Shown: positions 34,532-42,178 of the stretch, piece by piece | How positions within the stretch are numbered: the stretch's first letter is position 1 | Layout of the letters: the number at the start of each line of letters is the position of its first letter | Virus record (IMG/VR): IMGVR_UViG_3300045943_000001 | Span: 1 to 64,000 of that record | Source of the DNA: a virus | Length of the DNA stretch: 64,000 bases | Reading direction: 5' to 3' (one strand) | Made by a program: the position numbers and the translations under genes | Notes under the pieces: model-generated | Seen by the model: only the letters and a program-made list of their open reading frames with translations | Told to the model about the DNA's origin: nothing | Database searches by the model: none

Positions 34532-36530
34532 GTTTGCAAACCTGTCCTGTATGTCCATGTTGCAGTTTACGGAACGCCGTATCAGAATCGAAGTGATCGA
34601 TGATGTTGGTGAGAAACAAATCACCGATACCTGGATGCTAGGGTTATCCTGGTTCAGTCTGATTGTCCATCGTCATTATAATGACGAGCCGTATCACATT
34701 GACGAGCTGGCGCTGTTGAAAGAGAAAGACGGACGCCAGTCCTTTATCGATGACGATACGTTGAAGAAGCCAATTGATAACTTCTTAAAGCGCCTGATGC
34801 CGAAGTATGATGATCCGGTGTTCTATGATTTTATCAAGCAGTTGATCTTTACCTGGCATAACCAATGTCATAACTATCTGGCGATCAAAGGTGAGACAGG
34901 TGTGGTATCTGCACGTGCTGTCGATATCGTCCACATCTATCGCCATCCCAAGATCAAAGACCTGCGTGAACGTGTACACAGTCGTAAAACCAATATGGCT
35001 GACGCACACAAAGAGTTCGAGCAGATTATGATGACAGAGCACGACCTGGATAAGTTGGTCTTTACTCTGTTGTATCGTACTCGATCGGTAAACTCCACAC
35101 AGTCTTTCCAGTTAATCGTTTCTCGTGGTGACGTGTTTGACTTAAACAACGTTATTCTACCGAATACGATTATGACCAGTTATGGTGACGGGATTACCAA
35201 CCTGGCGGATTCCCTGGGTGACTCCAAAGGCGCGGGTTTCTCTCTGATCAGTAACGGTTCTGCACTTCAGGACTCCGAGTGGTTCCATAAAAAGATCCAC
35301 AACGTATCTCAAGTTGTGCAGAGCATTCGTTATCAAACTGATTGTGGTTCAACCACAGGTCCGGTACTCAAGATCATCAGTACGGAGTTTAAGAAGTCGT
35401 TAGTGGGGCGTTGGACAATCAATGATGATGGATCTAACACCTTACTGACTTATGACGAAATCAAGAAGTTGGAAACAGGGGAAACGATTCGTATCCGTGA
35501 CGTGGCCTGGTGTAATACCTCGCATAACGGCAAACCTTGTTCCAAGTGTTTCGGTAAAATGGAATCGGCTATTCCGTATAACCCATTTACAAAGAAAGCC
35601 GGTGTTCCAGGTCTGTTCTATGGTTCGACGTTCGCTGAACCTATTGGTCAGTCGATCCTGAAAACTAAACACCGTATCGGTTCTGCAACCTCTGTTGGGT
35701 TTAAAGTGGAGCGTGCTGACTTACCGTATATCACCACCGATGAAACCGGTGACTTCATTTATTTCCATAAAGATATCCTGAATGACGTTTCTGATCCTTA
35801 TATTATCTTGGACAAAGAAACTCAGCAGGACTTCTCTGACTTCCAATTCATGGACAGCATAGAAGATTTAGATGCGACTCGTTTTCGTACTTATGAAGCG
35901 ATTAAACTTAAAGTCAGCATTGTTAACCCAATGTTCGATGATAAGAAAGCAACTTACTTCCCCGTACTGACCACTACGATTGCATCTCGTGATGCCAGAA
36001 TGACTAAAACGTTCATTCAGTATCTGTTGAGTAAACCAATGGAAGAAGAAGGTCGTAACTTTAAGATTTCGTTGAAAGACTATAATTTTAAAGAGCCGGC
36101 ATTTGAACTTCCTCAGGTTAACGAAGATTTGGATGCATATCGTAAACGTGTTGAGAACTTCCTAAAATTCCCGCATGTCAATAATCGCTGGGATGTGAAG
36201 GTGACACCAGAACTCCATGGTGAGACACTGATCGCATTCTGGAAGGTAGTTGATGAGAAGTATAAGGAAGCAAACTCCATCATGCACTCCATCTTCTTAT
36301 GGGCGTGTATGGCACGTAATCCAGAGAACCTGGACTTTGGTATTCCTGTGGGTCAAGAAGAGCGTAACTTCATTAGCCTACATACTGCGGTACTGAACCG
36401 TGGTCTCGGTAATACCTTGCTGTATGGTTGGCAGGCAAGTGCTTTGCTCGGTCATCCAAACAACATGCGTATCAAAAACCGTCAGGGCGGTGCACTGGAA
36501 GCGTTCATGCATCCAATCGCTCGCGATTAA
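34509..36530 (+). CDS. multisubunit RNAP beta-prime, C-terminal fragment (bridge helix to trigger loop and beyond)
   Basis: GTG start after aaggaaagag. ..YQTDCGST.., then CSKCFG (like CxxCYG), then STFAEPIGQSILKTKHRIGSA (like SIGEPGTQLTMRTFHIGG, the trigger loop). Confidence 0.85.
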   Translation: MKTIKLREFANLSCMSMLQFTERRIRIEVIDDVGEKQITDTWMLGLSWFSLIVHRHYNDEPYHIDELALLKEKDGRQSFIDDDTLKKPIDNFLKRLMPKYDDPVFYDFIKQLIFTWHNQCHNYLAIKGETGVVSARAVDIVHIYRHPKIKDLRERVHSRKTNMADAHKEFEQIMMTEHDLDKLVFTLLYRTRSVNSTQSFQLIVSRGDVFDLNNVILPNTIMTSYGDGITNLADSLGDSKGAGFSLISNGSALQDSEWFHKKIHNVSQVVQSIRYQTDCGSTTGPVLKIISTEFKKSLVGRWTINDDGSNTLLTYDEIKKLETGETIRIRDVAWCNTSHNGKPCSKCFGKMESAIPYNPFTKKAGVPGLFYGSTFAEPIGQSILKTKHRIGSATSVGFKVERADLPYITTDETGDFIYFHKDILNDVSDPYIILDKETQQDFSDFQFMDSIEDLDATRFRTYEAIKLKVSIVNPMFDDKKATYFPVLTTTIASRDARMTKTFIQYLLSKPMEEEGRNFKISLKDYNFKEPAFELPQVNEDLDAYRKRVENFLKFPHVNNRWDVKVTPELHGETLIAFWKVVDEKYKEANSIMHSIFLWACMARNPENLDFGIPVGQEERNFISLHTAVLNRGLGNTLLYGWQASALLGHPNNMRIKNRQGGALEAFMHPIARD

Positions 36531-36544
36531 TTAAACGGACAAGG

Positions 36545-36754
36545 ATGTCCATCATTAGGGTAACTGTCATGGAATATAAATTCGATGATCTGTTGAAAAC
36601 GATACACGAAACTCAGTGCTGCATAAAGGGTAAGTGGGTTCCATGTCGTCCAAAAGACAATAAAGGTTGGCCGGGATTTAAAATACGCGTGCGGTCAGCA
36701 TGGCGTGTTCTAACCGGAAAGTCTGATGCCTTTACTTGGCCAGGTGGACAGTAA
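36545..36754 (+). CDS. small Cys/Trp-rich protein (69 aa)
   Basis: ATG preceded by aagga. The track's longer start lies inside the RNAP gene. Stop overlaps the next ATG (TAATG). Confidence 0.55.
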   Translation: MSIIRVTVMEYKFDDLLKTIHETQCCIKGKWVPCRPKDNKGWPGFKIRVRSAWRVLTGKSDAFTWPGGQ

Positions 36755-36987
36755 TGAAAACAATCGTATCATTAGCTGAAATAGAACCCGGTGACCTGAT
36801 TGAAGTGTCGTCTGATTCTGGCGGGATTGAAAGTGCACCATTTACCCGCGAAGTGGTTAAATCAAATTCCTCTTCTTTATCGATTACGGATGGCGATGAA
36901 ACTTGGTCGATTGAACCTTCTATGGAAAACTATGACAAAACCGTGGAAATGAAATCGGGTAATTTCTGTCATATTTTTCATAAGTAG
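36754..36987 (+). CDS. small acidic protein (77 aa), paralogue of 37317-37562
   Basis: LAEIEPGDLIEVSSDSGGIESAPFTREVV versus ILEIKPGQLVEVKSKAGGIQQAPFVTTVA in the paralogue. Confidence 0.65.
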   Translation: MKTIVSLAEIEPGDLIEVSSDSGGIESAPFTREVVKSNSSSLSITDGDETWSIEPSMENYDKTVEMKSGNFCHIFHK

Positions 36988-37003
36988 TTTTTAAGGAAAC
37001 GTA

Positions 37004-37336
37004 ATGCGCATTACTTCTACCCCAGGAGAAATCCTGAAAGAAGAATATATGGTTCCACACAAGCTCTCCAGTAATAAACTGGCCAAGCTTTTGGATGTGT
37101 CGGAATCTGCACTGAGTCGTTTGATTAGCGGTAAGGCATCATTAGGCACAGAGATGGCTTTACGGTTAGGTAAGGTGTTCGGAACCACTCCGATGTTTTG
37201 GATCAATCTGCAAACAACCTTTGACATTTCAGAGGCACGCGCAGATAAGGTTCTACAGGCAGAAATTGATAAATTGAAGCCCTTCTTTAAACCTTCCATT
37301 ACTGAAAATCGCACAGATGCTCAAATCGATTCTTGA
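37004..37336 (+). CDS. higA: HigA/VapI-family HTH antitoxin-like protein (XRE-type)
   Basis: TPGEILKEEYMVPHKLSSNKLAKLLDVSESALSRLISGKASLGTEMALRLGKVFGTTPMFWINLQTTFD follows the HigA consensus HPGEIL-EE-L-P-GLS-LA-LGVS-IS-I-NGKR-IT-MALRL-FG-S-WLNLQ-YDL. aagga RBS. Confidence 0.85.
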   Translation: MRITSTPGEILKEEYMVPHKLSSNKLAKLLDVSESALSRLISGKASLGTEMALRLGKVFGTTPMFWINLQTTFDISEARADKVLQAEIDKLKPFFKPSITENRTDAQIDS

Positions 37337-37562
37337 GATTAAACCTGGTCAGTTGGTTGAAGTCAAATCTAAAGCCGGTGGGATTCAGCAGGCTCCTTTT
37401 GTTACAACCGTAGCCACGGTCACCGAAGAGGGTTTTACATCAACGGATGATCTCTATGCTGGATACGTCTTTCCGTTAAACATGGATCACTACATCGGGA
37501 CAATCGATGTCGCACCCATGACAGGGAAAGCAGGATTCACCATGCAAGTATTCTCACAATAA
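37317..37562 (+). CDS. small protein (81 aa), paralogue of 36754-36987
   Basis: Overlaps the higA-like gene end by 20 nt. Terminator at 37567. Confidence 0.65.
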   Translation: MLKSILEIKPGQLVEVKSKAGGIQQAPFVTTVATVTEEGFTSTDDLYAGYVFPLNMDHYIGTIDVAPMTGKAGFTMQVFSQ

Positions 37563-37566
37563 ACCT

Positions 37567-37602
37567 ACCTACTTCCTGTAAAAGGGAAGTAGGTATTTAT
37601 TC
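37567..37602 (+). terminator. intrinsic terminator
   Basis: Stem acctacttcc / ggaagtaggt, 8-nt loop, then atttattctt. Confidence 0.65.
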
Positions 37603-37628
37603 TTATAAGGCTAATTAATCTAAAACAT

Positions 37629-37646
37629 ATATTATCATTGTGTAAC
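37629..37646 (+). promoter_or_regulatory. candidate phage promoter
   Basis: ATATTATC-at-TGTGTAAC, 36 nt before ATG 37665 and downstream of terminator 37567. Confidence 0.45.
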
Positions 37647-37664
37647 CACCCACTGGATTTTTAT

Positions 37665-38018
37665 ATGAGTAAGAAATACGCCCATTACTGTGGCATAGGG
37701 GAAACCTATCCACTGCCTGTATCGGGAGATAAAATTATCTCTGCCGGTATTAAATCAATTGGATTAGATAGTGGAGAGGTTGTTGCATTTCCCGACAACC
37801 GTAAATTTGTTCCCTCATTTGATCAATCTAAATCTGATTATATCTTGATCGCTGCTTGGGCAAGTGACGATGTAGAAGAGGAAGAAAAGATTACTCTGAG
37901 AGGGACAATCAACTTACAGGCTAAACATGTAACATTTACCGGCAAAGGTTATAAGCATGTTGAGGTCGAATATATCGTGAAGGAAGATAATTTATGGGAA
38001 TCCCTCGCCATAAACTGA
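37665..38018 (+). CDS. tandem-paralogue family member 1 (117 aa)
   Basis: ATG (MSKKYAH...) lies 36 nt after the promoter-like box at 37629. Shared core: AFPDNRKFVPSFDQSKSDYILI..W.S....I..INL....V.F.GKGY. Confidence 0.7.
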   Translation: MSKKYAHYCGIGETYPLPVSGDKIISAGIKSIGLDSGEVVAFPDNRKFVPSFDQSKSDYILIAAWASDDVEEEEKITLRGTINLQAKHVTFTGKGYKHVEVEYIVKEDNLWESLAIN

Positions 38019-38392
38019 TGGGTAAACCCGATGGGGTCTATTACGTTACGCGTAAGAAGCCATTCACCATCCCTGACAAGTTAGATGAGAATTGTCTCTT
38101 TGTACTCGTATCGGGTTCCTTAGTTGCTTACGACGGACCTGAGTTTACCTGTGCGGTATTCCCAGAGAAAGAGTTTGTTCCGTCGTTTGATAAAGCGAAA
38201 GAAAAGACCACCCTCATTAATATGTGGGCGAGTCGCAATCCTGCTGAAGATGCTAAGATCAAGATCACAGCAGAAATTAATCTTGAAACGGGTGAAGTGA
38301 AAGTTGACGGCACCGGTTATCAGTTTGTTGTTATTCACATGTACCGTTTAAATAAGGAAAGTAAAGATGTCAATAAAACTTCAGCATGTTGA
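37994..38392 (+). CDS. tandem-paralogue family member 2 (132 aa)
   Basis: aaggaag RBS. Core: VFPEKEFVPSFDKAKEKTTLINMWAS..KIKITAEINLETGEVKVDGTGY. Confidence 0.7.
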   Translation: MGIPRHKLMGKPDGVYYVTRKKPFTIPDKLDENCLFVLVSGSLVAYDGPEFTCAVFPEKEFVPSFDKAKEKTTLINMWASRNPAEDAKIKITAEINLETGEVKVDGTGYQFVVIHMYRLNKESKDVNKTSAC

Positions 38393-38819
38393 TCTGGTAT
38401 TGGGTGCACCTACCGAAGCCACAATCGTTAAGTTACCATCATCTATGGTGAATAAGGCGTTTGACTTCTTTTTGACCGAGATCAAAAATGGTGATGACGT
38501 TATTGTCGAGTTCGACAAGCCAAAACAAATGGTACCGACATTTGACAAATCGAAATCTGATTCTATTCTGATACTGCAATATAGTAATGCAGAAGAGCAA
38601 ATCCCTGCTACAATCGCAGTGATACTTGAATTGGATCTCAACGAAGGGGTCGTTAAAATGACCGGTCACGGCTTCACTCAGGCGACTCTGTCTGTAGAGA
38701 TCGAAGAATTTCCAACCACCGGACAAATAGAATCTATGCACGCCGAAGACGTTAAAGCTAACGAAGCTAATAACGTTGAGGACGCCTATGACGCTTCTGG
38801 TGAAGACCTGGGAAAGTAA
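38367..38819 (+). CDS. tandem-paralogue family member 3 (150 aa) with acidic C-terminal extension
   Basis: aaggaaag RBS. Core: FDKPKQMVPTFDKSKSDSILILQYS..LDLNEGVVKMTGHGF. Confidence 0.7.
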   Translation: MSIKLQHVDLVLGAPTEATIVKLPSSMVNKAFDFFLTEIKNGDDVIVEFDKPKQMVPTFDKSKSDSILILQYSNAEEQIPATIAVILELDLNEGVVKMTGHGFTQATLSVEIEEFPTTGQIESMHAEDVKANEANNVEDAYDASGEDLGK

Positions 38820-38876
38820 ACCCCCAACCCAAACATATATTCCCCCTGAGGGTATCTCATTAATAGGTTAATTTTA

Positions 38877-39038
38877 ATGCATAACGATATCGAAAAGAAA
38901 GAGAAGATTGAAAAGCTGATCGACGCATGGTTAGAGGTTCTCCCTAATTCTGTCAGAAGCGGGTATGGCTGGCAAGAGGAAGATATCAAAACTGCCATGA
39001 GAAAAAAGGCTTATGACCTGTACGGTATCAGTTCGTAA
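38877..39038 (+). CDS. possible small protein (53 aa), absent from the ORF track
   Basis: MHNDIEKKEKIEKLIDAWLEVLPNSVRSGYGWQEEDIKTAMRKKAYDLYGISS. No clear RBS. An ATATATTC box lies 42 nt upstream and a small hairpin (39046-39065) lies downstream. Confidence 0.35.
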   Translation: MHNDIEKKEKIEKLIDAWLEVLPNSVRSGYGWQEEDIKTAMRKKAYDLYGISS

Positions 39039-39130
39039 GTAATTAAAGGGAAAAGGATTTCCCTTAAAAGGAATTAGCATTTAAAAGTACTGGAGTCCAA
39101 ATCAGGTAGCTAAGTATCCTTTGGACGCCC

Positions 39131-39155
39131 ATATTCCCTGGGTTTCAGTATAAAA
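39131..39155 (+). promoter_or_regulatory. weak variant promoter-like box
   Basis: ATATTCC-n9-AGTATAAAA, 37 nt before the helicase ATG. Confidence 0.2.
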
Positions 39156-39167
39156 GAGGTTTGTCAG

Positions 39168-40712
39168 ATGCGTCGAACGCTGGTCGTATATAAAGCGAAT
39201 TCTTATGTTCGCTTGACTGACTTTAAACCTGAACTTGTTAAGCAAGTGCTCATTCCTTTTTGTAAAAGACACTTTTATCGAGTTCAGAAAACTCCTGTAC
39301 CTGGTGGCGGACCTAATGCCTTCAAGTGGGAAGTCAGTCATGTATTCGCTCGGTTCAACACTGATAAAACCGAGCTAAGGTTCAACGTAGAAAAACTACC
39401 TGAACTGATTGAAATGATGCGAGCTAATGGTTATGCCGAAAACAGGATACTCATTAAAGATGAAGCTGTTATTCCAGGCATGTCCGCTAGCATCAAGTTA
39501 AAGAATCCCGATATCAAACCCCGTAACGAATTGCAGGAAGATTACATTGAGTTTATGACCGGCCCCACACCTGTGGTAGTGAACAATGCCACAACCGGGT
39601 TTGGTAAAAGCTTTATGGCGATCTATACCGCGTATCTATTACAGAAGCGCACACTGATTACGGTGTTGCCCCGTTATGTGGATATCTGGGTTAAAACCAT
39701 CGCCGAGTTTCTGGATGTGCATCCCACAGACATTTTAATTGTTGACAAACATTCTGTTGAGGAGACACATAGGGCAATGAAAGAGGGATTAATCAATCCT
39801 TCCTTTATTATCTTGCCACTAACAAAGATCGATGTTTATTTAAAACGCATGAAAGAGGATCCCTCACTACCTTGTCTGGATGAAGTCTATCGAGACTTAG
39901 GTTGTGGGTACCGTATTATCGATGAAGCACATGAATCGATCTATTCGGTATATATGTCGTTAATGTTCGGTAATCACGCCAAAACCGCAGCGCTCTCAGC
40001 GACTCTTCAGGGCGATGATGACTTCATTAATGGTATCTATAATCAGATCTTCCCCGCTAAGTCTTATCTGCGACCACCTGAATACACCAAGTACATTCAC
40101 GTCATTGCGTATACGCATCGCATGGATGTCATGAAGTATCGAATTAACACCAAAGGGTTTGGTGGGTATTCTCATGTGAAGTTTGAACAAGCAATCATGA
40201 AGAATAAATATGTCTTTGAACAATACTACCTAATGTTGGCAGAGGCGTTTAAAGTCTACTATTTCGATACGTACCGTGAAGGTCAGAAAGCGATGTGGTT
40301 CTTTGCCACGATTGAGATGTGTGAAATGTTCCTGGAACGATTGAAGCTCGATCATCCTGATCTTGATGCGATTGTGTTTACTGGGGAACAGAGCAAGAAG
40401 AAGGAAACGAAAACCGCTTATCGTGAACACCAGGTTGTTGTAACGACACCAGGGTCTTGTGGTACCGGTAAGGACATTCCTAAGCTCTATGTGGTGTTTA
40501 GCCCTATTGCTGTGAGTTCATCTCAGCGTAATGACCAGATGGTTGGACGTACCCGTCCAATTGATAAATGGTGGCCTGATCTTGATCCTATCTTTGTTTA
40601 CTTTGTATGTCCGGATATTCCTAAGCAAGTGGATTACCACAGGAAGCGCAAAATAATCTTTGATAAGAAAATGAAACAGTTCACGTTGATAGACAGCGGT
40701 TCACGTATTTAA
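39168..40712 (+). CDS. SF2 DEAH-box helicase
   Basis: Walker A ATTGFGKS (39588-39611), DEAH (39921-39932), SAT motif (LSATLQG), and motif VI QMVGRTRP. agagg RBS. Confidence 0.85.
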   Translation: MRRTLVVYKANSYVRLTDFKPELVKQVLIPFCKRHFYRVQKTPVPGGGPNAFKWEVSHVFARFNTDKTELRFNVEKLPELIEMMRANGYAENRILIKDEAVIPGMSASIKLKNPDIKPRNELQEDYIEFMTGPTPVVVNNATTGFGKSFMAIYTAYLLQKRTLITVLPRYVDIWVKTIAEFLDVHPTDILIVDKHSVEETHRAMKEGLINPSFIILPLTKIDVYLKRMKEDPSLPCLDEVYRDLGCGYRIIDEAHESIYSVYMSLMFGNHAKTAALSATLQGDDDFINGIYNQIFPAKSYLRPPEYTKYIHVIAYTHRMDVMKYRINTKGFGGYSHVKFEQAIMKNKYVFEQYYLMLAEAFKVYYFDTYREGQKAMWFFATIEMCEMFLERLKLDHPDLDAIVFTGEQSKKKETKTAYREHQVVVTTPGSCGTGKDIPKLYVVFSPIAVSSSQRNDQMVGRTRPIDKWWPDLDPIFVYFVCPDIPKQVDYHRKRKIIFDKKMKQFTLIDSGSRI

Positions 40713-40719
40713 TAACTAG

Positions 40720-40753
40720 ACTCTGGGGACTTTGGTCCCTGGGGTTCTTGTTT
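40720..40753 (+). terminator. intrinsic terminator after the helicase
   Basis: Stem ctctggggac / gtccctgggg (with G-U pairs), loop tttg, then ttcttgttt. Confidence 0.55.
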
Positions 40754-41182
40754 ATGGCGGTGGTGATGCAGAAGCTTGAGTTAGTGTCATTTAATATTGG
40801 TGTTCCAGGCGTCAGTGATCCAAGAGTACTGGAAGCATTGGGTTACGGTGTAAGCATTATGATAGAGCAGTATAAACTTCTTGCTCTGCCTTTTGATGAT
40901 GTCACCATGCAGGAACACGCAAGGTTGACCATTGGCGATCATCTCTGTGAGTTGGTACACCATGATGAATTTGGTCAGGATCCTTTCTCTCAAGTATATG
41001 ACAGCGTAGTCGATCAGTTAGAGATTATCCTTGCCACATATTGGTTAGAAATGGAGGAATTTACGGAACGGGTTGATAATATCTCAGATATCTTGGTCTT
41101 CTGGTATCCTGGACTTATCCGCTTGTGTGTAAACGAGAACCCTATCAATGTCAATGGAAATAGTGAGCTATACTTATCGTAA
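40754..41182 (+). CDS. hypothetical protein (142 aa)
   Basis: First ATG after the terminator at 40720-40753. The exact start is uncertain (TTG 40748, ATG 40754 or ATG 40766). Confidence 0.65.
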   Translation: MAVVMQKLELVSFNIGVPGVSDPRVLEALGYGVSIMIEQYKLLALPFDDVTMQEHARLTIGDHLCELVHHDEFGQDPFSQVYDSVVDQLEIILATYWLEMEEFTERVDNISDILVFWYPGLIRLCVNENPINVNGNSELYLS

Positions 41183-41528
41183 CGTCGATATACATACGGC
41201 TCCCCATACACATCGTATGCATCTCGATGAACTGATTGTTTATATCATGGCTGAGAAACTTATGTTGGGTATGTCAGCCGAGTGTGAACTGAACGGAGTC
41301 CTGTTACAGTATCTCCATTCAACGTTAGATATATTAGATAAGCCAAACGTGGACATCATCTATTCTGAGATAAGAAGGCGAGTGGAAGAGTTATCGGTGA
41401 ACCCGGTATATCAGTCTTTGCTCACCAGTGGAGAATTCTATCTTAAATATGATTACCACGTCAGTAAACAATTTACAAGAATCCAACTCTATGTAGACCC
41501 GAGTGAATCAAACCTAACACTCTGGTAA
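41148..41528 (+). CDS. hypothetical protein (126 aa)
   Basis: ATG with a 35-nt overlap with the upstream ORF. Confidence 0.6.
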   Translation: MSMEIVSYTYRNVDIHTAPHTHRMHLDELIVYIMAEKLMLGMSAECELNGVLLQYLHSTLDILDKPNVDIIYSEIRRRVEELSVNPVYQSLLTSGEFYLKYDYHVSKQFTRIQLYVDPSESNLTLW

Positions 41529-41556
41529 CACACCAAACTTATTTATGGAGATAGTC

Positions 41557-42093
41557 ATGTTAAGTAAATCAACTAATACCATTATCCCTGAACAGGCTGT
41601 AAGTTACAAGTTCAAAGTACGTGACTTTGCCGATCTGTTCGAAGGTCTGAACCCAGAACAGATTCATGTTGCTCTGGAAGGCGCGCTGAACATTGCGTTT
41701 GGTCGTCCATCTTTGTCAACAGTTATTGACAAAGCAGAAGTGGATCAAGAACTTCAGACCGAAGAAGAAGATCAGATTGATCATGAGACCTTGATCACTT
41801 CTAACACGATTTTCGCTCTGGCTGCTCACGCCAATACAGATGAAGATTTCGGGACATCTATTGAACCTGAAGATCCACTTTACCAGCAAATGGAAGAAAC
41901 CTTCCAGGCGATTGTTGATCGTTTTACTCAGGAACTGGCCGTAGACGAATTCAACCAGGACATCGTCACCCTGCACGGCGAGATGGAATACTTCACTCGT
42001 ATCGAGTTGTTCACCTACTTCTACGATACCAAGAGCGAAGTTCTGTCAGTTACTATTATCTCAACACCAGACTCTGTATCTGAAGCAGCATAA
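41557..42093 (+). CDS. highly acidic protein (178 aa)
   Basis: ATG (MLSKSTN...) lies 8 nt after ggaga. Biased codons. Strong terminator at 42099-42136. Confidence 0.7.
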   Translation: MLSKSTNTIIPEQAVSYKFKVRDFADLFEGLNPEQIHVALEGALNIAFGRPSLSTVIDKAEVDQELQTEEEDQIDHETLITSNTIFALAAHANTDEDFGTSIEPEDPLYQQMEETFQAIVDRFTQELAVDEFNQDIVTLHGEMEYFTRIELFTYFYDTKSEVLSVTIISTPDSVSEAA

Positions 42094-42098
42094 TTAAT

Positions 42099-42136
42099 AA
42101 CCTACCTTACCATCTTGGGTAAGGTAGGTTTATTTA
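42099..42136 (+). terminator. intrinsic terminator
   Basis: 13-bp stem aacctaccttacc / ggtaaggtaggtt, loop atcttg, then tattt. Confidence 0.75.
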
Positions 42137-42178
42137 ACCGTTTTGTTTTTATCTCCCACCACACTAAAGGAGCAGTAC

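Noticed and set aside
36754-36987. Upstream 77-aa ORF as the HigB-type toxin partner
   Set aside because: It occupies the toxin position. However, it is acidic, shorter than HigB/RelE toxins, lacks their basic catalytic residues, and has a paralogue on the other side of the HTH gene. It is kept as an unknown, not called a toxin.
36991-37314. 107-aa minus-strand ORF exactly opposite the HigA-like gene (could it be a toxin?)
   Set aside because: It is fully antisense to an ORF with an unmistakable HigA pattern. It has no RBS and no RelE/HigB-like features, so it is a shadow frame.
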